64,000 nucleotides of DNA from Eledone cirrhosa (Eukaryota), in assembly GCA_964016885.1 (NCBI GenBank), contig OZ024756.1:11098001-11162000 (forward strand). The letters are read 5' to 3'. This document shows, piece by piece, positions 16,212-35,789 of the stretch. Within the stretch, counting starts at the first letter, position 1. Every line of letters starts with the position of its first letter. Both the position numbers and the translations under genes were made by a program. The notes beneath the pieces were generated by a model that searched no databases, was not told where the DNA came from, and worked only from the letters and a program-made list of their open reading frames with translations.

Positions 16212-16711
16212 AGTAGATACAGAGTATAGAAGCATTAACAAATCCAAAACAGAAGAATATAATGTGGGGATATCATAAGGTGGGAGGAATTTAAAGTATT
16301 GTTCATGTACAAGATAAGGAATAAAGGATAACAAATAAAAAATAAAATCAAGCAAAAGATAGTGAATATGAGGAATATACTAATACTAATAAGGATACGG
16401 ATCTAAAATGTTATCACTCACAGTTGGGTAGGGTTATATTATGACCGGCAATCATGGAAGCAATGATGTGATTGGTTAACACACAGCTACGTATGCATAC
16501 ACTCACATAAAAGTATACGTATAAGCATGAGCACCCGCATGCACCTACACGCAAGCACCCATATGCAATACAGAAAGTATACACTAATACAAATAACATA
16601 TCAAAAACGGATGGGCACATACTCCATACTGTGACAAAATATAGCAATAACAGTAGAAACGATGACATATAACATGGAGGAGTACAATATAAAGAAATAT
16701 AATAAATTATA

Positions 16712-16781
16712 TGGCGGTGCCCCAGCATGGCCTCAGCCGGATGGCTGAAACAGGTAAAAGAGTAAAAGAGTAAAAGAGTAA
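16712..16781 (+). mobile_element. Extreme 3' end of the CR1-group LINE family seen at 45998-47268
   Basis: GGCGGTGCCCCAGCATGGCCTCAGCCGGATGGCTGAAACAGG(TAAAAGAG)n matches the reverse complement of about 45998-46057. Confidence 0.85.
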
Positions 16782-16815
16782 AAAAACATATAAAAATATG
16801 GGAACATAAGGACAA

Positions 16816-22582
<5,767 letters not shown>

Positions 22583-23781
22583 ATTCTACTGAGAAAGCTG
22601 TCCAATATTGGTGTCACTGGAAAGCTGCTGCAGTGGATCAAGAGCTTCCTGTCAAACAGAACCCAACATGTTATAGTTGAGGGAGTCAAATCCAGCCCAG
22701 CCAAAGTCAGTAGTGGGGTCCCACAAGACACTGTGTTTGGCCCACTTCTCTTCATCATCTATATTAAAGACATCACTGACATCATCAAACACAGCAACAT
22801 TAAAATTTTCGCTGATGATTCTAAGCTCCAAAAGGTCATCAATGGCGTGGATGACCGGATAAGCCTTCAGTCAGACCTACTGGCTGTTACCCAATGGGCG
22901 GAAAAGAACAACATGTTACTGAACGAAGACAAATTCGAACTGATCCACTTTGGAAAAGAGGATGCTCTGAAACTCCCGTACTCCCTTCCCTCCAGGGAAA
23001 CTCTCGTGGCATCTAACAACATCAGAGACTTGGGAGTAACCGTGGACAGCAACATAAGCTGGACCACGCATATAAGCAGCAAAGTTGACATGGCCCGCAG
23101 AATGTGTTCCTGGATCCTCAGAACCTTCCAGTCGAGAGATTCCCACACCATTATCCTTCTCTTCTCTACTTTTGCCCGACCACACCTTGAATACTGTTGT
23201 CCATTGTGGTCTCCCCACATGAAACAATGTATCATGAAACTTGACGCTCCTCAAAGGGCAATCACGAAAAAGATAGATGGCATGTCAGACCTTGACTACT
23301 GGGGTCGATTAGAAAACCTGAAACTTTACTCACTCCAATGTCGCCGTGAGCGTTATATTATCTGCATGATATGGAAAATGTTCCATCATCACTGCCCAAA
23401 TGATGTTGGCATCGCCTTCAAGATACACCCAAGGCTTGGGCCCCGTGCTATCCGTCCCATTCAAAAATCTAAATCGCAACTCATAACAACAATACGGCAC
23501 AATTATTTCACCTCAATCGGCCCTGCTCTCTTCAACATCACACCAGGACACGTCAAAACAGAAACTGACCACACAAAATTCAAGAAGTCTTTGGACAAAT
23601 TCCTCCAAGTAATCCCGGACAAACCACCCACACCCGGATATGTCTCCGCAAACAGTAATTCTCTTCTCGAATGGGCCATGGTGCCCAAATCCTGAATTGA
23701 AAGACTTCGCCAGGTGGTGCTATTAAGTTAGACATGGCCTGGGCCAATACTGGCCAAAACATTTCAAAGTTATTCAAAGTT
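22583..23781 (+). mobile_element. 5'-truncated CR1-group LINE (same family as 1592-5497) with intact 3' end
   Basis: ORF 22733-23695 nearly identical to the RT of copy 1; ends in (TTCAAAGTTA)2; microsatellite on both sides. Confidence 0.92.
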
Positions 23782-23808
23782 ATATATATGTATGTATGTA
23801 TCTATATG

Positions 23809-23839
<31 letters not shown>

Positions 23840-23914
23840 ATATGTATATATATATGTATGTATGTATGTATCTATATGTATATATATGTATGTATGTATG
23901 TATCTATATGTATA

Positions 23915-25945
23915 TCATCATCATCATCATCATCAACGTTTAATGTCCGTGTTCCATGCTTGCATGGGTTTGGACGGGGGTAGTCCCACTTGAGGCAAGA
24001 GTGATTGTCTTGCTCGCATAGGACTGTCTGGCAGGTTTTCTACAGTTGGATGCCCTTCCTAACACCAACCACATTTACAGTGTGGGTCTGGGAGGTTTTT
24101 ACCGTGTTGCCTACACGGCCACATTACAGCGTGGACTGTGTGTTTTTTTGTCGTGACACCTACACGATCTCATTTGTTTCGGCCTGGATGGCGCGGCACC
24201 AACATAACTTTACATAGAACGGGGTGGTGTGGATGGGGTGGGGGTGGTGGCGGGACGGGGTGTAGTTTGTTAGAGATGCCTACTGGCAAGGCGGGTCTTC
24301 TCTGTTACTGAGTACCGCCAAAGGTCACGGTCCAGTGACATTGTCTTGGAGAGGTGTAAGTGTGTGAGGTCGGAGTTTATCAGCTCATCCCATGTTTTTC
24401 TAGGTCTGCCTATTCTGTGGCTACCGTCTATCTTTATTGCCCTGCACTTTGTAATACAGCTATCGACTTTCATGCGCATCACGTGTCCATACCAACGCAG
24501 CCTTCTCTCGAGTAAACAACATCTGATCCCTCTTATCTCTAATTTTTTCCTTAGTTCGTTTATGCTTTGCCGTTCACGTATATTACTGTTACACATCCAG
24601 CGGAGCATGCAAGCTTCGTTCCTCTCTAGTCTGCGTATATCCTCTGCACACAATGCCCAGGTCTCACTACCATGCAACATTGCTGTTCGTATGCAGGCAT
24701 TGTACAACCTGCCTTTCATTTTTAGGGAGAACCCTTTAGCAGCTAATAGTGGTATAAGCTCTCTGAACTTTTTCCAACCAGTTCTGACTCTAGCTACAGT
24801 ACTTTCAGAGCACCCTCCCCCACTGCTGATTTTATCGCCCAGGTAACGGAAGCTGTCCACTATTTCTATAGAACCCTCTGCGCAATTGAAAGAGCTAGTA
24901 TTCTGTGGGCACTTGCTGCTACTTATTGCACCAGAACACCGGCCACATGTAAAGTCTATGTTCTTAGTTAGCTTACCTGTGATCCCACTACATCTTTTAT
25001 GCACCCATACTTTGCATTTAGGACATAAGATGGAGTTTCTACCTACGCCTTTCCTACATACCGAGCACGACCATTTCCCAGAAGGGACCGCCGCCTTGTT
25101 TTCTTTCCTACAAACTAGAACTTTGGTCTTAGCCAGGTTAATTTTAAGTCCTTTTGACTCTAGGCCGTGCTTCCATGTTTGGAATTTCTTCTCTAGCTCG
25201 GCCATTGATTCCGCTATGAGTGTCAGGTCGTCTGCGTATAGGCGTTCCCATGGGCAGCCTGTCTTGAACTCCTCTGTTATAGCCTGAAGGGCAATAATAA
25301 ATAGTAGGGGGCTGAGCACAGAGCCCTGATGGACGCCAACTTTTACGCTAAACTCTTCACTATATTCGTTGTTAATTCTAACCTTGCTGACTGTTTCTTT
25401 ATACATGGCTTGTATAGCCCTCACAAGCCATTCGTCAACGCCTAGTTTTCTAAGAGCCCACCAGATAATGGAGCGGGGGACTCTGTCAAAGGCTTTCTCC
25501 AGGTCGACAAAAGCTAAGTAGAGGGGTTTACCTTTAGCTAGGTACTTCTCCTGTAGTTGTCGTACTATGAAAAGAGCGTCTGTGGTGCTTTTGCCTGACA
25601 CAAACCCGAACTGCATTTCATCTAGATCAATTCTCTCTCTGATTAGTTGCGCTATTACTTTTTCCGTGACCTTCATGACCTGGTCGATTAATTTAATGCC
25701 TCTATAGTTACTCCTATCTAGGGCGTCTCCTTTACCCTTATAACAGTTAACGATGATGCTGCTATGCCAGTCCTTCGGAACAACCCCATTCTGTACGACT
25801 TGGTTAACTATGCGGGTGACCATGGTGTGTCCCACCGTGCCAGATGCCTTCAGCATCTCAGCAACTATTTCCGAAGGCCCAGCCGCCTTACCAGTCTTCA
25901 TATCCTTGATTGCCTTACTTATTATACTCCCCTCGACTAACACTG

Positions 25946-25948
<3 letters not shown>
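23915..25948 (-). mobile_element. 5'-truncated RTE LINE with (ATG)n tail
   Basis: ORF 24270-25943, then a 3' UTR ending ACGGACATTAAACGTT(GAT)n; microsatellite on both sides. Confidence 0.92.
24270..25943 (-). CDS. RTE reverse transcriptase (partial, uninterrupted) with a PHD-like Cys/His insert
   Basis: [76 protein letters not shown]. Confidence 0.92.
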   Translation of the reverse strand: MLVEGSIISKAIKDMKTGKAAGPSEIVAEMLKASGTVGHTMVTRIVNQVVQNGVVPKDWHSSIIVNCYKGKGDALDRSNYRGIKLIDQVMKVTEKVIAQLIRERIDLDEMQFGFVSGKSTTDALFIVRQLQEKYLAKGKPLYLAFVDLEKAFDRVPRSIIWWALRKLGVDEWLVRAIQAMYKETVSKVRINNEYSEEFSVKVGVHQGSVLSPLLFIIALQAITEEFKTGCPWERLYADDLTLIAESMAELEKKFQTWKHGLESKGLKINLAKTKVLVCRKENKAAVPSGKWSCSVCRKGVGRNSILCPKCKVWVHKRCSGITGKLTKNIDFTCGRCSGAISSSKCPQNTSSFNCAEGSIEIVDSFRYLGDKISSGGGCSESTVARVRTGWKKFRELIPLLAAKGFSLKMKGRLYNACIRTAMLHGSETWALCAEDIRRLERNEACMLRWMCNSNIRERQSINELRKKLEIRGIRCCLLERRLRWYGHVMRMKVDSCITKCRAIKIDGSHRIGRPRKTWDELINSDLTHLHLSKTMSLDRDLWRYSVTEKTRLASRHL

Positions 25949-27017
<1,069 letters not shown>

Positions 27018-27726
27018 TCTAAGGCGGGTAAAATTCCCGAGATCCATGGACGAGTTCTCTCCAGCGGTCTCTGTCCCTCATTATCGCTGCCATATCCTGC
27101 ATCTCCAACAGACCAGTGTCTGTCCTTAGGGCATCAACATACGTTAACCTTGGTCTGTCTCTTCCAGTGTGTCCATGTAAGGGCTCCCAAAGGAGCACTG
27201 AGTGCAATGTCAACTCTGGATGTCGGTGAGCATGTCCAGCTAACCTCAGTCTCCTCTGTGTCACTTTTGAGCTGACTTTTGGGATGCTCCCATACAGCTC
27301 TGAGTTTTTCATCCTCAGTGTATACTGATTAATGTTCAGAGCCATCTTCAGCATTCTCGTGTACCACCCATCCACCATCTGAGTGAGTCTCTTGGTCAGT
27401 GTCCAAGTCTCAGACCCATACAGCAGCACAGACTCCACTACAGCAATGAAGAGGCGGATTTCCAGGTCTCTACGAAGGTCCGACTTCCACACCATTCTCA
27501 AGCTGTGGCACACCGCCCAGGCCTTGCTCTTCCTCTCAACCACATCATCTTCCGTATTCCCAATCTTTGCTCCCAAATACAGGAAGCCCTCAACCAATTC
27601 TAGCGGCTTCCCGCCTACATTAGTGATCCCCTCTGGCTTCTCAACATTCTCTACCAGATATTTTGTTTTAGTCTCATTCATTCTCAGCCCCACACTCACC
27701 GACACAGTCTCAACCTCCCGCATCAA
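27018..27726 (-). mobile_element. 5'-truncated RTE-type LINE 3' fragment
   Basis: [40 protein letters not shown]; microsatellite on both sides. Confidence 0.88.
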
Positions 27727-27750
27727 ATATATATATATTTCTGAAAAGAA

Positions 27751-27796
<46 letters not shown>

Positions 27797-27983
27797 GTAT
27801 ATATATATATGTATATATATATATGTATATATATATGTATATATATATATATATGTATATATATTAATAAGAGGAATTCCAACTTTGTCTGATTTACTCG
27901 TTTTATTTACAATCCTTTAAAATATATATAATATGGTATTATAATGAAATAGTATGATAGAATATTAAATTCTAAGTATTAAT

Positions 27984-28022
27984 TGAACAAGTACTTTCAT
28001 GCTTTCGCAATCTTCAGGTTCA
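27984..28022 (-). ncRNA. Minimal type I hammerhead ribozyme in a ~200-bp (TA)n-flanked island
   Basis: Minus strand: TGAAC-CTGAAGA-tTGC-GAAA-GCAt-GAAAG-TA-CTT-GTTCA. Confidence 0.75.
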
Positions 28023-28072
28023 TGATATGTGGTGACAGTCGAGTTTGCAATTTTCAACTGTGTATATATATG

Positions 28073-28112
<40 letters not shown>

Positions 28113-28186
28113 TGTATGTATATATATATATGTATGTATATATATATATGTATGTATATATATATATGTATGTATATATATATATG

Positions 28187-28233
<47 letters not shown>

Positions 28234-28620
28234 GTATGTATATATATATATGTATGTATATGTATGTATATATATGTATGTATATGTATGTATATATATA
28301 TATGTATGTATATGTATGTATGTATATATATATATGTATGTATGTATATATATATATGTATGTATATGTATGTATATATATATATGTATGTATATATATG
28401 TATATATATATATGTATGTATATATATGTATATATATATATGTATATATATATATGTATGTATGTATGTATATATATATGTATATATATGTATGTGTATA
28501 TATATATGTATGTATATATATATGTATGTATATATATATATGTATGTATATATATATATGTATGTATGTATATATATGTATGTATATATGTATGTATATA
28601 TATATATATGTATGTATGTA

Positions 28621-28690
28621 GGGGTAGGTAGGGGTTCTCCTACATGGATATAAAGTAGTGGCCGTACTCGAAAACGAGTTGGCAGCCACC
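28621..28690 (+). mobile_element. 3'-terminal 70 bp of the 28788-29397 family
   Basis: GGTAGGGGTTCTCCTACATGGATATAAAGTAGTGGCCGTACTCGAAAACGAGTTGGCAGCCAC. Confidence 0.85.
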
Positions 28691-28787
28691 ATGTGTATAT
28701 ATATATGTATGTATGTATATGTGTATGTATATGTACATGTGTATGCATATGTACATGTGTATGTATGTATGTATGTATGTATGTATA

Positions 28788-29397
28788 GTGTCAGGTCACC
28801 AGTTGGTGCTACTAGTAACATGTATCCCAGTACAACCTGTCACACGGTCAGGTCGTTGGCGACTAAACTGGCAACCCCACCAAGGTTTCTTGGTGAGGAG
28901 GGTGACTTTGGACATCCTGCAGGACTAAAAACAAAACCTGTCAAATGGCAAAGGAGCTCTTAAGAGTCAATGGCCATCCAAAATCACCGGGAGAGATGAC
29001 CCCTTAGCCTTTGTCAAGGCAGAATTCTAGGAGAAGGAAACCTCTGATATAACACCTGCAACTCTGATGGTATCCAATGATGTTGACTTGTTCTTCTTTT
29101 TGGTAAATATCATCTTGGTTAAGAGAGTGGGACTGGCTTTGTGCAGTGCCTTTGCTCACTATAAAAGCTTCACGGCACAGGCATTGCTTTATATCTGGAG
29201 ATCTCTCTGCACTTGTCGTCACATGGTACCATGGGCCCAGCACTATGTGTCAATAATTGTTACAAGTGTAGTGTTTGTACCAGAGTTTTCAAGTCGCTGG
29301 CTGGACTAAAATGTCACACTCGTTCAGCGCATCGGTAGGGGTTCTCCTACATGGATATAAAGTAGTGGCTGTACTCGAAAACTAGTTGGTAGCCACT
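28788..29397 (+). mobile_element. About 610-bp non-coding retroposon with RTE-like 5' UTR motifs
   Basis: No ORF, no tRNA head; GGCAACCCC and CTAGGAGAAGGAAAA motifs; three copies share the 3' end and differ in 5' truncation. Confidence 0.7.
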
Positions 29398-29406
29398 ATA
29401 TGTATG

Positions 29407-29438
<32 letters not shown>

Positions 29439-29667
29439 TATGTATGTATATATATATATGTATGTATATATATACATATGTATGTATATATATATATATA
29501 TATATGTATATATTCATATATATATGTATATATTCATATATATATGTATATATGCATATATATATATGTATATATGCATATATATATATGTATATATGCA
29601 TATATATATACGTATATATACATATATATATATACATATACATATATATATATACATATATATATTC

Positions 29668-29740
<73 letters not shown>

Positions 29741-29752
29741 CATATATAACAA

Positions 29753-29789
<37 letters not shown>

Positions 29790-29844
29790 GTATATATATG
29801 TATATATATATATGTATATATGCATATATATATATATGTATATA

Positions 29845-29881
<37 letters not shown>

Positions 29882-30024
29882 ACATATATATGTAAATATA
29901 TATATGTAAATATATATATGTAAATATATATATGTAAATATACATGTATATATATATATGTATACATATATATGTAAATATACATGTATATATATATATA
30001 TATGTATACATATATATGTAAATA

Positions 30025-32652
30025 TAATCTACCAAAATGTACAGTAGTGTCCACTCCATATGAAGAACTCAATGTAATCCAAATATCATGAAAAGAGAAG
30101 ATGTATTCAAAATTTTTTCGATGAAAAACACAGGAAAACAGAGTCAAGATAAATTAATAAAAATAATGAATAAAAACAAAGAAACAGTTCCTTATATTAA
30201 AAAATTCATCATTTTACGATCGTTTCTAGGATATATATGTGTGTGTTGGTATGTATATCATATAGATCTATGTAAAATGTTTACAGACTATCAGAGGGAA
30301 TATACATACCTACACATATATATGCTGTCTTCAGAAATAATTGTTTCTACTTTAGGCACAAGGCCAGCAATTACCCAGTGCATTACTGGTACTTTATTTT
30401 ATCGACCCCGTAAGGATGAAAGGCAAAGTCAACCTCGGCGGGATTTGAACTCAGATCGTAAAGGGACGTAACTATGCTGGAAAGCATGGCGTCCGACCCT
30501 CTACCGATACTGCCAATCCACCGCCAATCCACCGCTGTCTTCAGAAATAATGATATTTGTTTATTGAAAAAAACCAACAAAGATTTAATATAATAGGTCT
30601 GTTTGGGAACAGGTTTTGAATTGACCAATAGAAAAGTAGTAATTGGTCAAGATGGTAGAATAGTAGTAATGGAACTTTAATTTAGGGGTAGAGGAAAGCA
30701 GACTTCAGTTTTGAATGGAAAGAGTATTTTGGATGAAAAGATTACTTTGGTGATGAAAAGAGGTCAAGTCGGTAAAAGGTACACGAAAATTTGATGTTAT
30801 AAAAGAATAATGCTAATGTAAAAATCTAAGGAGAATAAAATTTTACGATAAATGTGTTCGTGAAAAATATCAATCTTATTTAAAACAATTTATTTTCTTT
30901 TTATAGTTGTAAATTCCTTAATTAGATTGATAGGTATATTTATATTGATAAATTAATATTAATTCATATAGATATGATAAAGAAGAGTTAGATGTAATTG
31001 AAAAATGTTGTTAAAAACGAAGGGAAAATAAAAAATAATAATAATAATTGGGGCGGGGATAAATGTATTAGTGAGAAATAACAAATTTATATAGATTATA
31101 AGGAATATAGATTCATAACCTGAAATTAAAATAGTTTATATGTATACTTATTGGTATAAATTTTAGGAAAAGATAGCTGTAAAAGGGAAATAAAATTATG
31201 CAGTTCATTAGTAGTAGAATATTAATTATAGGTTAACTAATTTAAAAAAAAAAAGAAAAAAAAATTTATTATAATAATTTGTAAAGTGTATATTAATTAG
31301 GTTTATAATATTTAAAAGTTCTTCTAATTTTATGATTACATGATATAATTAATTCTTGTCGCTTATTTAATAGGATATCCTTAGATTTCATTATTTCAAA
31401 AAGTTCCTGGGAACATAATCTACATTCATATCTATTATTTTGATAAGGGGTGGCCCTTTTGAGTACACTCCAGGTCAGGTTATAATCGATATTCTTTTTT
31501 CTATAATTATTAATTATTTCAGCTAAGGATGTTGCATTAGCTAATGCGGCATTTTTAAAACTGTGTTTGTGGGTATTAAATCTTACTTTAAATTGGTTAG
31601 AAGTAGCTCCTATATATGAATAAGTTGAGTCCTTAGTGTTAATTTTACATTTATATACTATGTTATTAATAAGGCAATTTCCTTTTAATAGGCAATTTGC
31701 TTTGTTTCTACAGTTACAACCTTTCGTGAATGTTGTATCAGAGGAGATAGTCAAATTAGGTGTGGAATTTTCTCGACTTGTTGTATGTGAATGAGATGGT
31801 GGTTTGCTGTGGTTTATTTTAGTATTATGGTTAGTTTGATGTATTGGTGGTATATTTATGTTTTTTTTTACATTTATATGCATTATAGGCACTTATATTT
31901 TGTTGTATATTTTTGGTTGTTGGGTAGGAGAATTTGACCATTGATCTATTTAAAATTTGATGGTATTTATGGTTTGGCGGGAAGTTTTTCTGTAGGATAG
32001 TAAACATTTTTTAGGTATTTTATCTTTAATTTGTAGATTAAATGGAGCATTATACCAAGTAACTCGTCTATTACGGTTTCGATGTTGTTTATTATTTTTA
32101 TAGGATGTATCCTGATGTTTATTAAGAGAATTAGTATTAGTGATTTTATTACACATATTTTTAGTTAGATTCATTGGAATATTAGGATGAATGGTTTTTT
32201 GAAAGTTATTATATTGTATATTAGAAGAGTTAGAGAAATTAAGTTTTAAGTTGGTATTTTGGGGTATAGTGTGAGTGGCATTTAGGTTTGTATATTTCAT
32301 TTGGTGTTTGTTGGTAATATTGGGTTGTATGTTTGTAGTGTTATTGGTACAAGGTATATATTCTAATTTGTTTTTGTGGCCGCTTCTAGCTAAAGCTTCG
32401 TTATAAAAGGGCGCATGTTTATCGAATACATCCTGGTTAGATGAAAGGTTAGAAATTCTGAGTGAGATATTATATGCTAGGTTTTTAAGGATAGATCTAG
32501 GGTGATTGGATTGTGGGTGTATGTAATGTAAGTTTTGGTTAGGTTTATGGTAAGGTTGGTAGATACCCGTAGATAAGTCTAATGTTATATCAAGGAAATT
32601 AACTACTTTACTTGTGTTTTCAAATGTAATATCGAGACTATAATAGTCTTTA
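30025..32652 (-). mobile_element. Second Penelope-like element copy, 5'-truncated
   Basis: GIY-YIG ORF 31293-31892 and RT C-terminal remnants homologous to 12537-14517; HHR at 30207-30341. Confidence 0.9.
30342..30533 (-). mobile_element. SINE family A inserted in the PLE, with an 18-bp target-site duplication
   Basis: GCTGTCTTCAGAAATAAT at 30324-30341 and 30534-30551. Confidence 0.92.
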
Positions 32653-33253
32653 AATTAGTTAACCTATAATTACTATTCTACTACTAATGAACTGCATAAT
32701 TTTATTTCCCTTTTACAGCTATCTTTTCCTAAAATTTATACCAATAAGTATACATATAAACTATTTTAATTTCAGGTTATGAATCTATATTCCTTATAAT
32801 CTATATAAATTTGTTATTTCTCACTAATACATTTATCCCCCCCCCCCCCCCAATTATTATTATAATTTTTTTATTTTCCCTTCGTTTTTAACAACATTCT
32901 TCAATTACATCTAACTCTTATTTATCATATCTATATGAATTAATATAAATTTATCAATATAAATATACCTATCAATCTAATTAATTTATTTTCTTTTTAT
33001 AGATGTAAATTCCTTATGTTTTAAATAAGATTGATATTTTTCACGAACACATTTATCGTAAAATTTTATTCTCCTTAGATTTTTACATTAGCATTATTCT
33101 TTTATAACATCAAATTTTCGTGTACCTTTTACCGACTTGACCTCTTTTCATCACCAAAGTAATCTTTTCATCCAAAATACTCTTTCCATTCAAAACTGAA
33201 GTCTGCTTTCCTCTACCCCTAAATTAAAGTTCCATTACTACTATTCTACCATC
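32650..33253 (+). repeat. Inverted duplicate of the PLE 3' region placed at its 5' end
   Basis: Reverse complement of about 30649-31244. Confidence 0.9.
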
Positions 33254-33660
33254 TATATGTATACATATATATATATATGTATATATGTATATATATATGT
33301 ATATATGTACATATATATATATATGTATATATGTATATATATGTATATATGTATACATATATATATATGTATATATGTATACATGTATATATATGTATAT
33401 ATGTATATATATATGTATATATGTATACATATATATATGTATATATGCATATATATATATGTATATATGCATATATATATATGTATATATGCATATATAT
33501 ATATGTATATATATATATGTATATATATATATGTATATATATATATGTATATATGTATATATATATATGTATATATGCATATATATATATGTATATATGT
33601 ATATATATATGTATATATGTATATATATATATATATATGCATATATATATATATATGTAT

Positions 33661-34447
33661 ATATTATAATGAAATGACAGGAGGCTGGATTTGTGTAAAT
33701 CCTTGAAAGGTTTATTATACTATGATCATTTCAATGACCGGGTTCCGTATGAATCCGGTGATATCATCAGGTATTCGAAATATAATACGTGAATGTAATA
33801 GGTAAAATCCATGGGGCTGAAAATCGAGACCCGAGGGCGACCGCTATTCTGTTCCTTCAACCTCAGCCGGTCGCCCTGGAGTGACGTGGCTAAATTTTAT
33901 AGTATGCTACTACCGGTCAGATGAACGAAAACAGAAAGAGATGGGAGCATAGTAGCATACTATAAAATTTGACCGGTAGTAGCATACTGTAAAATTTGAC
34001 CGTAGTAGCATACTATAAAATTTGACCGGTAGTAGCATACTATAAAATTTGACCGGTAGTAGCATACTATAAAATTTAGCCACGTCACTCCAGGGCGACC
34101 GGCTGAGGTTGAAGGAACAGAATAGCGGTCGCCCTCGGGTCTCGATTTTCAGCCCCATGGATTTTACCTATTACATTCACGTATTATATTTCGAATACCT
34201 GATGATATCACCGGATTCATACGGAACCCGGTCATTGAAATGATCATAGTATAATAAACCTTTCAAGGATTTACACAAATCCAGCCTCCTGTCATTTCAT
34301 TATAATATTTAACTCCGTAATAGCACCACCAACTACAAAAACAAAGACGGTTGAACTGCTTTACGTTGAGTACTCTCTATATTATTGCATTACGATTGAC
34401 CATACGGAATAGACCAGCTCTATACAGTGGTGAACCTCAAACCTGAA
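33661..34447 (+). mobile_element. HHR element with ~259-bp near-perfect inverted arms and a central ~27-bp tandem repeat
   Basis: Arms 33661-33919 and 34050-34308; (TGACCGGTAGTAGCATACTATAAAATT) x4-5; microsatellite on both sides. Confidence 0.85.
34195..34252 (+). ncRNA. Type I hammerhead ribozyme (mirror copy at 33717-33774, minus)
   Basis: ATAC-CTGATGA-tatcACCGG..CCGGTcatt-GAAAT-GATC-ATA-GTAT-AATAAA. Confidence 0.72.
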
Positions 34448-35119
34448 TATATATGTATATATGTATATATATATGTATATGTATATATATATGTATATGT
34501 ATATATGCATATATGTATATGTATATATGCATATATGTGTATATATATATGTATATGTATATATGTATATATATATGTATATGTATATATGCATATATGT
34601 ATATGTATATATGCATATATGTGTATATATATATGTATATGTATATATGCATATATGTATATATATATATGTATATATGCATATATGTATATATATATAT
34701 GTATATATGCATATATATATGTGTATATATATATGTATATGTATATATGCATATATGTATATATATATATGTATATATGCATATATGTATATATATATAT
34801 GTATATATGCATATATATATGTATATATATATGCATATATATATATATATGTATATATATATGCATATATATGCATATATATATGTATATATGCTTACAT
34901 AAATATGTATGCATCTATATATATATGCATATATATATATATATGTATAGGTTTTATTGCATACATAGCCATAAATAGTACCCTTAATACTATATACACA
35001 TATATTTATACGTGTATATATATTTATACGTGTATATATATATATATACGTATAGATATATAGATATATATGTATGTATATATATATATATAGATATATA
35101 TATATTTATATATGTGTAT

Positions 35120-35154
<35 letters not shown>

Positions 35155-35263
35155 CACATATATTTATACATGTATATATATAAATGTATATATATATATG
35201 TATATATGTATATATATAAAAAATAAACCAAAGAAGCCTTCAATACATCAAAAGTCTTTATTA

Positions 35264-35301
35264 GCCAACAATGTTTCGTCCTATTAAGGACTCATCAGGG
35301 C
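35264..35301 (-). ncRNA. Minimal type I hammerhead ribozyme
   Basis: Minus strand: GCC-CTGATGA-GTCCT-TAAT-AGGAC-GAAAC-ATT-GTT-GGC-TAATAAA. Confidence 0.85.
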
Positions 35302-35789
35302 AAGTAAAGTTAAAAATTTTCAACTGAACCAGATCAATAATGATATATAGTCATCTGATCCAGAAATATTATATGGAGTAGCAAAACAATTGTAGGCGTA
35401 CATTATTATTATTAATATTATTATTATTATTCTCTACATTCCTTACATCAAACTAAAATATGTTGACAATCTTTTAATAATGTCTTCCTTGTGAAATTTG
35501 TGGTCTTGTTTTGCTTAACTAATGAATATTTCCGGCTCTGCGCACCTAACTTCTGCATGAACCCAGCCACCTAGATGCTTTCTACTGCATATTGCACATT
35601 GAGCAAATGCCTTTATGCTTTGGCTTCTAACTAATTCACTAATCTCTCCTCTCCTATCTGCATCTCTCTCTTTAAGATTGGTTACTCTTGAACTGTGTAT
35701 ATATATATTTATATATATATTATCTAAACCCATGCTAGCATGAAGATAGACGTTAAACGATGATTATTTATATATATATATTTATATAT

